Source: Azolla caroliniana (lineage: Eukaryota; Plantae; Polypodiophyta). Taken from it: DNA of 64,000 nucleotides. The position numbers and the translations under genes were made by a program. The notes beneath the pieces are model-generated. The model saw only the letters and a list, made by a program, of their open reading frames with translations. It ran no database searches and was not told the origin of the DNA. Positions 9,641 through 19,562 of this stretch are shown here, piece by piece. The stretch's first letter is position 1. Every line of letters begins with the position of its first letter. The stretch covers positions 1,488,001 through 1,552,000 of the forward strand of contig JBHGNT010000018.1 in NCBI GenBank assembly GCA_043228905.1, read 5' to 3'.

Positions 9641-11361
9641 ATAAAATAATATATCAAGATATTTATCACGTGCATAGGGCAGGATTTGAACCCTGTACCT
9701 CCACGTAGCCAAACCTCAACTTTACCATTATGCTACCTTATATTTAGTGTTCTATAAATAGATTTAATAACTATAAGTGCTTTATTTGCGCCTACCTTTA
9801 TTAAAAGGTAAATCATGTATTTTTAGAGTGCGTGAATATTTTATAGAAAAACGCAAGCGACTAAAAAGTGACTCATGCACATCTAGCGTGCATGAGCACT
9901 ATATTTAGCAAATAAAAGCAAGGATTAGAAAAGCATCACATGCACATTTAGTGTGCATGAACATATTAGAAAAAAAAGCATGTAGCTATGCTTAGTCTCT
10001 CCCATCACTACATAAGGATGGGGAGCACAATGTAATAGGTGTGTGAAAAATATTTGGGAAATTGGATATATTTCCTAAAACACCAACAATCAATAAAATA
10101 TACTCGTGGGATTCACGAAGTTTAAGATAATCTATCTCTTTCAATCTAAATTCATATTCTTACATAAATATTGATTAATGTAATACTTGTGGGATTCACA
10201 AGGTTTGATCTCTTTTCTCAATCTACTCTAATCTATTCTAAATTATTTCAATTTATTACTACGATTTAGATAAACTAAAACAATTATACTTGTGGGATTC
10301 ACAAGTTTCTATATCTCTTTCTTATAATCTATTCATATTCATAACTAGATTAGCCTCAAATTCTTCCTCCTCCTAGTCCAAAACCCCGGTGGTTCCCACC
10401 CGACTCACGCAAACGATCCGAAGCCGAAAGGCACGACAGCGTTCGCCGTCCTCGAGTCATCGGCCTCCTCCTTGGCCGTCGTTTCTTCGTAAGACAAGAA
10501 GGTGACTTGTTTCGCACCTTCTCTCTCGGTACTGTCATACTGAACCTGAGCCTTTGTATCGGCCACTTCATTAACCCGCATTTGTTGGGAGGTCTCTTCT
10601 GCCTCGATCAGCATTCGCCTCGGTTTTGTCTCCCTTTTGAGCTTCATTTCTTTTGTTGGTAGCGCGTTGTTGCATCTCGTCCCTCTTCGATCGTCCCTCA
10701 TGGGCCGTCTTGTTGTCGTCAATATTCTCGTTCGCCCCTTATCGTGTAGTCGGCATACACTTTCCACTTTGCTCCAATCCTCGATGAGGCCATTTGCACC
10801 ATCATCTTCTTCAAGTTTGAGGCTAATCGCCATCCTTTCCATTCGATCGATTGACTTCACGAACATAAGGACCTTATTGACCCCCACCAATCTTTGTTCC
10901 CGCTCCGAGAGTTGAGAAAAATGATGCTCGAACTCTACGAATGCTTGTGCCGCGCCTTGGTGGGTCTTCGCTGATGTCACCCATTAGTCGAAGTTGCGTC
11001 GATCTCGTCCCTTCAGTCTCTCATAGCCATATTCCTCCAATAGAGCCTTCTTGAAAGTCTCCCACAAATCATGAGCTTCTAGAAGCTCTTTTACATCTTT
11101 GAAGATCAGTTGAGACACCACCCGACAAAAGTACTCTAGCCTCATAGCTTTGTCCACACCTCTTGAATCCATCTCCGCATTGTAGACTTTTAGGAAACTT
11201 TGGACTTCGGCACCGTTGAAATAGCTCACTCGCTCGACTACCCTCTCGACGGCTTGTTGGGCTTCATTTCGTCTTTTCCCTTCTCTTAGAAACTCCATCA
11301 TCCTTTTTTACATTGCCTCCATGAGATATTCGCCATCCATCTTCGTCCTCCCTTGCTGCTC

Positions 11362-11379
11362 TTCACGTCGGGTTCACCA
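11362..11379 (-). promoter_or_regulatory. Primer-binding site of B, complementary to tRNA-Trp
   Basis: TGGTGAACCCGACGTGAA, 5 nt inside the 5' LTR end. It is complementary to the plant cytosolic tRNA-Trp 3' end ...TTCACGTCGGGTTCACCA as I recall it. Confidence 0.8.
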
Positions 11380-12053
11380 AATGATGTCGCGAAGATTCGC
11401 GCGTGCGTGTGCTACTCGAGCGACCACCGGGGTCTTGGATTGGGGAGGATGTTTGCAGAATTATCAAAGAGATGATGATCAATGTAAGATTAGATGAAAT
11501 TGGTTTACTTGAGAAGAAGAAAGATTGTACACTTGAGAAGTAGAAAAATATGAAGAAGATAAAGACAAATATAATTATATTGATGATAATGGTGTTGGTG
11601 ATATCACATATTGAGCCCCCCTTACACAAGCCCAACTAGAGGCTTTTATAAGTCTTTCCATGCTTGTGAAATGCACAAAACCATGGGCTAAAACCATGGT
11701 TTTGTGCACACAGTTTTGCTTATGTCATGCACAAAACCATGGTTCTAATGCACAAACCATGGGTTTAGAACCATGGTTTTGTGCACATGGTTTTCTATGG
11801 TCATTTCATCTATAATTCGTATATAAAAAGGAAATAGATAGAATCTACACTATATGATAGTTCTCCTAATGGTAAGGCAATCATCTTGTATCTTAGAGGT
11901 GCAAGGTTCAAACCTTGCTTGCACCCCTGTGTATGAACTCAAGTGCCACTAAGCTTTAGGTTTATTTTCTAAGTGCATGTGCAATGTTGCACATCCTTGG
12001 TTTATTCGTCTCACTCGGTTTCACACCGTAGCCAAAAATCGTCACGGCAACGT

Positions 12054-13292
12054 ACCGCAGTACGCATTGCGCACACTGAAGGTGCTCCTCGGTAGGTTGC
12101 GCCATGAACTGACTGATCACCCCGACCGGATAACTAAGATCGGGTCGGGTGATTGTCAAGTAGATAAGGCTTCCGACAATTTGTCGAAACCTCGTCGAGT
12201 CACATACCTGGCCGGAATTGGGGCGAAGCTTGACGGTTCTATCCAGAGTAGTCGAGACAGATTTACAGTCGGCCATCCCGAATTCGAAGAGCATATTCAG
12301 CGTGTAATGGCATTGGCTGATCAATATGCCTTCGGGGGTGCGGATCACTTCGATCCCGAGGAAGTAATGAAGGTCTCCCAGATCCTTCATGTCGAATGAT
12401 GCCGCAAGTTGGAGCTTCACGCGGTTGATTTCACTTAAGTCAGCGTCGGTGATGACCAAGTCATCAACATAAAGTAGAATACTAACCGGCCCGAGTCGAC
12501 CTTTCTGGATGAACAGTGAGGAGTCCGATTTCGATGTCGCAAAGCCCATCCGACGCAGTTGCTGTGTGATCTTCGCGTTCTAGGCACGTGGGGCTTCCTT
12601 TAGTCCATAAAGGGACTTCTTCAATCGGCACACCACCGAAGTGTTCGTTCCGGAGTGAAATCCGAGGGGTTGCACCATGTGCACCTGTTCCTCAAGCTCA
12701 CCTTGCAAGAACGCATTCTTTACATCCATCTGATGTAAGTGCCACCCCTTTGCCGAGAGCTACCGCGAGCAAAACACGGACGGTCGTCATTTTCGCGACC
12801 GGCGCAAATGTCTCATCGTAGTCGATGCCGTGTTTCTGCACATAGCCTTTTGCTACTAACCGGGCCTTGTATCGGTCGACTGAGCCGTCGGTGTTGTACT
12901 TGACCTTGTACACCCACCTACATCTGATCGGCTTCACACCTTTCGGTGCGTCAACCAGATCCTATGTTTGATTTTCCGCCAATGCGCACATCTCTTCCTC
13001 CATCGCGGACGCCAGTTCGCGTCTTTCGCCGCTTCTGCGTAGCTCTCCGGCTCATGCACTTTCGCAACACAGGTCATGTACGCATAGTGATGCGCCATGT
13101 ACTCATTATAACCGAACCGCACAACAAGGTTCTTCTGGCGGGTAGATCGGCGTAATTGGTCATTAGCCGAAGTTGAGGCTTTCTTAGCCGATGCGAACTT
13201 CGCCCTCGAAGACCCATCATCGTTTCCCTCAGAGTCGGGCTCGCGTTGATCCGACTCGCTCCTATCCGTGCCGTAATCCGACACCTTCTTCT
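12054..13292 (-). pseudogene. Copia A reverse transcriptase segment
   Basis: Motifs [22 protein letters not shown] and TRPDLSY; frameshifted. Confidence 0.9.
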
Positions 13293-13858
13293 TGACAGGA
13301 ACTCAACGCTCCTTATGCACAACGCTCAGCCACAACCGAGCTTAGAATCATACACAGAAAAAACAGGAAACGGAAAACACGCGACACAAAGGAGAGAAGA
13401 GTACACCGGATGTTTACGTGGAAAACCCAAACTAGGGAAAAAACCACGGCAGCCCACAGGCTGCAAACTATCACTATGCTAGAATGTACAACTGTGAGTT
13501 CATGGAGGCAACGACCTTGTGCTCACGATCTTCGCCACAGGCGGCGGTTACAACAGAGGCAACGACCTCGTTCTCTCTCTCTCTCTCTCTGTACACTGTT
13601 ACGCGCTCTCTCTTCTTCCACCAACAAGAAAATGACAACACAGTAACTAAAAGTTTGCCCTAAGTCATATTTATACTAATATGACTTTTCGGCTATTTAC
13701 AAATATAGCCTCGATGGACTCTCAGAAACATATTTATGAATATCTCTCTTCATCCGGTTCTCACCGGGTCTACACCATCCGGCTCTTCGTAGCTGGGTAC
13801 TCCTCATCCGGATCTCACCGGGTCTGCACCATCCGGCTCTCTGTAGCCGGGTACTCCT

Positions 13859-16800
13859 TGTTGAAAGCGAGGTCTCGTCAATGCGGAAGATCAAGGAGCA
13901 TTCAGTTCTGTTCTGAGTACCTGCGTATGACAGAAGGTAGGTCGTTGCACAGAGAGAGAGAGAGAGAGGCACAAAAGAGTCTTTATTCCATAAAGCAAAT
14001 AATACAACATCCAACCTCACAAAGAGGTTACAAGGTCACTATATATAGTGACCGACTTAGGGCAACTACCCTTTATGATAATTTCATAAATGGCCAAAAC
14101 GGAATAGTGTGAATACGTCCATTATACACATGTATTCGACACTCCCCCGTAATGGGCGTATACATGGGTTATCTAAGATTACAGGTATAGACTTAGGTTC
14201 TCGGACATATCAGCTTTGTTCAAGTCGGCAGGGTCCGAAGGCAGAAGACCGAACTGGTCGGGTCGGAACAGTTGAAGCCGATCATTAAGGAACTGACGTC
14301 GGTTGTCGGGAACCATCCTGCTCTGTGTCCGGCTCTAACCGGACTGGTTTGTCGTTACGCCCATCTGATGCCGAAGAGACCGAAAGCGGTCTGCCGAAAG
14401 ACATTTGGTCATTCCATCTGCGACATTGTCGGTTGTGGATATTTTCTCTAGACCGATTTTCCCTGAAATGACGCAGTCCCGAACGAAGTGATATCGAACG
14501 TCGATATGCTTGGAGGCGTTGTGGTGAACCGGATTTTTCGACAAGGCAACAGCACCTTGACTGTCGCTGTAGACAACTGGAGCCGAGTCATGTTCGACTT
14601 GTCGAAACGTGTGCGCCAGCCGACCGAGCCACAAAGCTTCTTTTGCTGCGTCGGACGCAGCTACATATTCTGCTTCGGTCGTTGAGGTCGCTGTGCACTC
14701 CTGAAGTTTCGACTTCCACGAGATTGCTCCATTGCCGAATTTGAAGCAGTATCCGGTTGTTGATTTCCGACTGTCTATACAGCCGGCGAAATCCGAGTCG
14801 GTGTAACCGACTACGCCTGAGGTTCGGTTCGGACCGAAAAGAATGCCGTGGTCTTTTGTGCCAGCCAGATATCTGAACACATGCTTGACTGCGTTCCAAT
14901 GCGATCGGCCAGGATTGTGCATAAATCTGCTGACGACTCCTACGGCGTGAGAAATATCAGGCCGTGTCGCGACCATCAGGTACATAAGGGAGCCGACTGC
15001 CGGTGCATACGGTACCGACTTCATATCTTCCCCCTCCGGACCGGATGTCGGGCAGTCTCGCTGAGAGAGCCGAAGATTCATAGGGAGCGGGGTTGAAGCA
15101 GATTTGGCTGATTGCATGTTGAAGCGTTCTAAGACACGTCGGATATAGTCGGTCTGAGACAGAAAAAGATGTCGTTTATCGCGATGCCGACTAATCTTCA
15201 TGCCAAGGATGTGTCGTGCCGGACCGAGGTCCTTCATGGCAAACTTCAACCGCAGTTGCCGAACGAGATCGGCAAGTTCGCCCGCGTGGCGTCCAGAAAT
15301 TAGCATGTCGTCCACGTAAATGATGAGGAAGATGGGTGATCCATCTTGAGCTGTATTGGTGAAGAGACAATGGTCCTCATCGCTTTTGGAGAAGCCGATC
15401 GATTGGATGAAGTCGTCGAACTTCTTGTACCATTGTCGCGGTGCCTGTTTGAGGCCGTATAGACTCTTCCTGAGTCGGCAGACTAGATGTTCTTGGCCGG
15501 TGGCCACGAAGCCTTTTGGCTGCTCCATATAAATTTCCTCGTCAAGATCACCATGGAGGAATGCTGTTTTGACATCTAGCTGAATCAGCTCCAAGTTGTC
15601 GGCTGCCACTACGCCGAGTAGGAAACGAAGGGTTGTCATTTTCACCACTGGTGAAAAAATCTCGTCGAAGTCGACACCATATTCTTGTCGGAAGCCCTTC
15701 GCAACTAATCTGGCCTTGTACTTTGGGGTGGTCGAATCAGACGTCTCTTTTAGTCGATAAACCCACTTGCAAGGAAGAGCACGTCGGTTCCTGGGTAATT
15801 CAACCAGATCCCAAGTCTTGTTTGCCCGAATGGAGTGCATTTCCGACTCCATCGCCAGATGCCAGGTGGCTGAATCGACAGATGTCGATGCGTCTTCGTA
15901 AGACGTCGGTTCGCCGGCGTCGGTGAAGAAAATTCCAGGAGAATACCTCTCCGGAGGTTGCGACAGTCTCTCGGATCGTCGAGGCATGATTGGACTGGTC
16001 GCATCGGGTATCGTGGTCGGATGGTCCGAAAGCGGATTGTTCTGCTGTGCCGAGTCGGAGTTGTCCGAGTCGGTAGTGTAAGGTTCAGCTACCCGTGAAG
16101 CTGACCGTGTGTTGAGAGCGGGGCCTTCTTGAAGGGTCGGCACATCGGAAAATGTTACCCTTCGGACTTCGATCGGTTTTTCGACTGATGGATTCATAGC
16201 CGACTCGTTGAACACAACGTCCGAACTTCGAACGATTTGTCTGCGTTCGGGGTCCCAGAGTCGGTATCCCATTTCGCCGTCGGATCCATATCCAAGGAAA
16301 ATGCATTTCCTGGACCGAGGTGCAAGTTTTCGGCGATCATCTTTCGGAATAAGGGCGTACGCCTCGCATCCGAAGATCCTCAGCTTGTCGTAATTCGGCT
16401 TACTGCCGTTCCATAGTTCCTGAGGAATTTGAAGTCCTAGAGGTCTACTTGGCGACATATTGATTATGTGTACTGCCGTGAGTAGAGCCTCTGCCCAGAA
16501 GCCATCCGACAGTCCGGAGTGTTGGAGCATGGAAACTATCCTTTCTTGGATTGTCCGATTCATTCGTTCTGCAATCCCGTTTTGCTCCGGACTGTGTGGT
16601 GCCGTAAATTCACGTCGGATGCCGCGTTGTCGGCAGAATTTGACGAATTCTTCTGATTTGAACTCTCCCCCATTGTCGGTCCGAAGGCATTTCAGCTTTC
16701 GGTCGGTTTGATTTTCTACCATAGCGAGCCAATCGGTGAAGATCGAGAAGACCCGATCTTTGGTGCGAATTAGATAAGCCCACACCTTTCGAGTCGAATC

Positions 16801-19295
16801 GTCAATAAAAGTGACGAAGTAAGAGGCACCACCGAGAGACTGATGCGGCATTGGGCCACAGACGTCCGAGTGGACCAAATCGAGAGGTCTCGATTCTCTT
16901 GGTGCTGATGTCGGGTGTGATGTGGCTGCTTGTTTGCCATACTGGCAATGCTCGCAAAATTGATGGTCGGAGAAGGAGAGTTTAGGGATGTATCCGGCTC
17001 TAGATAGGTGCGTGAGCCCGGCCTTGCTGAGGTGTCCTAATCTTCTGTGCCATAGTGATGACACAGGAATATCCACCAAAAACAGGTTACCCTCTCTGAG
17101 CGTAACATGTAACGGATACAGTGAGTGTATCTTGGGTCCTCTAGCAAGCAGGAGGTTCCCCCTGTGGAGTGTCCACCCTCCCGAAGAAAAACCGGCACGA
17201 ATGCCGTCTTCATCTAGTTGTCCGACTGAGATCAATGGCCTTGTGAGCTCGGGTACATGTCGGACATTGTGGAGTACAAGTGTAGAGCCCCCTGCAAGGT
17301 TGAGCTCTACTGTGCCGATTCCGACGATGTCACAGTGTTGTGAGTTGCCGACTCGAACTGAGTCGGAGTGACGGATCGTATATTGCCGAAATTGGGATCG
17401 ATGAGGAGTCACGTGAAATGACGCGCCCGAATCCAAGAGCCATGTGCTCGATTCTTCAGTCGTGAGTAGAACTTCTGATCCGACTGGATTTTCTATTGAT
17501 AGTATATTCGGGTCGTCAGGTAGTACATCAGCTGAGAAGCTGACGTAATTGATCTCCTCATGCCGGCCACTCTTCTTGTTGTTCTTGTTCTTGAGTGCGC
17601 GGCAGTCGGCTTTGATGTGTCCGGGTTTCTTGCAATAATTGCAGATTCGGTTATCCCGTGACTGGCTCCGTCTTCGCTGATTGTTCGGCGGTCGTGAGGA
17701 ATCTCTTCCTCGTATGTTCGATCGGTCTGTCAAACCTTGTACTACATAAGCGTCGTCTGTTGAGTCTTTGGCGAAAGACTTTCTCCGAGCTGCTTCGGTC
17801 AGGATTGCGCTCGTGACTTCGGAGTATTTAACAGCCGTGGTTGACGCGTTGCACACGGTTGTGACGAAAGTTTCCCATGATGAGGGAAGGCTGCTCATGA
17901 GTATCATTGCTCTGAGTTCATCCTCAATTGCCGTCCCCTGTGACGAGATTTGGGAGCTTATGCTTTCGTACTCATTGAGGTGTGCTTGAACCGAATCGGA
18001 TTCTTTCATCCGCAAGTTGTAGAGGCGCCGGATCAGAAACATCTTCGTTGCGGCGACCTTCTTTTCGTAAGTGTCCGACAGTGTTTTCCACAGTTCGAAT
18101 GCTGTCGTACACGATTGCACCGTAAAGTATACCGATTCCGATAGGTGCATCCGAATCGTGGCACGGACGATTCTGTCCAGCTTCTGCCACTCAACTGGTT
18201 TGTATCCTTCTGGAGGTTCTTCATTTTCGATGGGATCGATTTGTCCCTTGACTATGAGATAGTCCTGCATTTGCTCTTTCCAGAAGTTGAAGTTCGATCC
18301 ATCGAACTTTCGTAGACTCATTTCTGACGAGCCGGATATTGATGCCATCAAATTCGGTTTCGGTTGACGAAGCTCGGTTCGGAGTTGACTACGAACCTTG
18401 TTGGAGTGCAGCCAGTTGGCTCACCCGATATCGTTCTAGTCAGATTTGAACCCGAGTCGGTTCGGCTTCGGAACTTGCTCGAATTGACTCCGGTAGCTTG
18501 AGGGACAGAACCGACTGGTCTTCCCGAATGTTGCCGAGTCGGAGTGAGCCCGGTTCGCTTCGGATATATATGCCGAATACCGATTATTGAAACCGATTAT
18601 TTGGACCGATTCTGCTTCGGGTGGCTGCAGTGACGAGAGAGACGGATCCAACTGATCCTCCCGAATGTCGATCAGCCAGATGAAGCACGAATTTGGGGCT
18701 GTTGTCTTAAGACCGATCTGCACCGAGTGGTTACAACGAGCGGCGTTTGATTACCTCTTCGGATGCTGTTTAACCGAGTGGAGCACGATCGCGTCAATGT
18801 TGCACAAGGGGATTTCACCTCGAGCGGTTACGATCACAAGGAACAGAGTACAACCTGAAGGCTTACTCCAAGCAAGAGGATCTAACGCGATGAGATGCAA
18901 ACCTGTTTTTCTTCTTCTTCTCTCTTCTTCGAATGACGCAGGAAACCGAATGCTGAGACGACGGCCGACAGCGGATTGAAGGACCGACTACTGTGCAGGC
19001 TCTGATACCAGATGTTGAAAGCGAGGTCTCGTCAATGCGGAAGATCAAGGAGCATTCAGTTCTGTTCTGAGTACCTGCGTATGACAGAAGGTAGGTCGTT
19101 GCACAGAGAGAGAGAGAGAGAGGCACAAAAGAGTCTTTATTCCATAAAGCAAATAATACAACATCCAACCTCACAAAGAGGTTACAAGGTCACTATATAT
19201 AGTGACCGACTTAGGGCAACTACCCTTTATGATAATTTCATAAATGGCCAAAACGGAATAGTGTGAATACGTCCATTATACACATGTATTCGACA
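13859..19295 (-). mobile_element. Intact Ty1/copia element F1
   Basis: 283-bp LTRs 13859-14141 and 19013-19295 look identical by eye. Met PBS and PPT present. TSD CTCCT (13854-13858 / 19296-19300). Confidence 0.97.
14335..18348 (-). CDS. Copia F1 Gag-Pol polyprotein (gag, CCHC knuckle, PR, INT, RT, RNase H)
   Basis: Uninterrupted ORF of about 1337 aa with CNYCKKPGHIKADC, LDSGAS, RTDNGGEF, YVDDM and ADGMTK. Confidence 0.97.
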   Translation of the reverse strand: MASISGSSEMSLRKFDGSNFNFWKEQMQDYLIVKGQIDPIENEEPPEGYKPVEWQKLDRIVRATIRMHLSESVYFTVQSCTTAFELWKTLSDTYEKKVAATKMFLIRRLYNLRMKESDSVQAHLNEYESISSQISSQGTAIEDELRAMILMSSLPSSWETFVTTVCNASTTAVKYSEVTSAILTEAARRKSFAKDSTDDAYVVQGLTDRSNIRGRDSSRPPNNQRRRSQSRDNRICNYCKKPGHIKADCRALKNKNNKKSGRHEEINYVSFSADVLPDDPNILSIENPVGSEVLLTTEESSTWLLDSGASFHVTPHRSQFRQYTIRHSDSVRVGNSQHCDIVGIGTVELNLAGGSTLVLHNVRHVPELTRPLISVGQLDEDGIRAGFSSGGWTLHRGNLLLARGPKIHSLYPLHVTLREGNLFLVDIPVSSLWHRRLGHLSKAGLTHLSRAGYIPKLSFSDHQFCEHCQYGKQAATSHPTSAPRESRPLDLVHSDVCGPMPHQSLGGASYFVTFIDDSTRKVWAYLIRTKDRVFSIFTDWLAMVENQTDRKLKCLRTDNGGEFKSEEFVKFCRQRGIRREFTAPHSPEQNGIAERMNRTIQERIVSMLQHSGLSDGFWAEALLTAVHIINMSPSRPLGLQIPQELWNGSKPNYDKLRIFGCEAYALIPKDDRRKLAPRSRKCIFLGYGSDGEMGYRLWDPERRQIVRSSDVVFNESAMNPSVEKPIEVRRVTFSDVPTLQEGPALNTRSASRVAEPYTTDSDNSDSAQQNNPLSDHPTTIPDATSPIMPRRSERLSQPPERYSPGIFFTDAGEPTSYEDASTSVDSATWHLAMESEMHSIRANKTWDLVELPRNRRALPCKWVYRLKETSDSTTPKYKARLVAKGFRQEYGVDFDEIFSPVVKMTTLRFLLGVVAADNLELIQLDVKTAFLHGDLDEEIYMEQPKGFVATGQEHLVCRLRKSLYGLKQAPRQWYKKFDDFIQSIGFSKSDEDHCLFTNTAQDGSPIFLIIYVDDMLISGRHAGELADLVRQLRLKFAMKDLGPARHILGMKISRHRDKRHLFLSQTDYIRRVLERFNMQSAKSASTPLPMNLRLSQRDCPTSGPEGEDMKSVPYAPAVGSLMYLMVATRPDISHAVGVVSRFMHNPGRSHWNAVKHVFRYLAGTKDHGILFGPNRTSGVVGYTDSDFAGCIDSRKSTTGYCFKFGNGAISWKSKLQECTATSTTEAEYVAASDAAKEALWLGRLAHTFRQVEHDSAPVVYSDSQGAVALSKNPVHHNASKHIDVRYHFVRDCVISGKIGLEKISTTDNVADGMTKCLSADRFRSLRHQMGVTTNQSG

Positions 19296-19562
19296 CTCCT
19301 CATCCGGTTCTCACCGGGTCTGCATCATCCGGCTCTCCGTAGCCGGGTACTCCTCATCCGGATCTCACCGGGTCTGCACCATCCGGCTCTCCGTAGCCGG
19401 GTACTCCTCATCCGGTTCTCACCGAGTCTGCGTCATCCGGCTCTCCGTAGCCGGGTACTCCTCATCCGGTTCTCACCGGGTTTGTCATCGGCACTGTTCT
19501 TCTCTCTTCCCATCCGGAGGTACCTGTCTCCCAACAAACTCCCCCTTCACTCCGGCATGGGG

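Larger units (their letters stand above)
7162..10438 (+). mobile_element. Non-autonomous gag-only Gypsy-type element C nested in B
   Basis: LTRs 7162-7949 and 9569-10438 (TGTCG...CGACA). PBS at 7954-7971, PPT GGAGGGGGCGAG, 4-bp TSD GCGT (7158-7161 / 10439-10442). Confidence 0.9.
5939..11340 (-). pseudogene. Element B Gag-like ORF with acidic repeat tail (stops; split by element C)
   Basis: Gag-like YFNGAEVQSFLKVY...WETFKKALLEEY. The frame continues across C (DDSRTAN|ATSRED). Contains ETSAV..QRET repeats and RIWWIGWLRWFGWK. Confidence 0.7.
5195..12049 (-). mobile_element. Non-autonomous gag-only Gypsy-type element B
   Basis: LTRs 5195-5862 and 11385-12049 are near-identical. PPT at about 5863-5880, PBS at 11362-11379, 4-bp TSD ACGT (5191-5194 / 12050-12053). 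No PR, RT or INT motifs. Confidence 0.9.
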
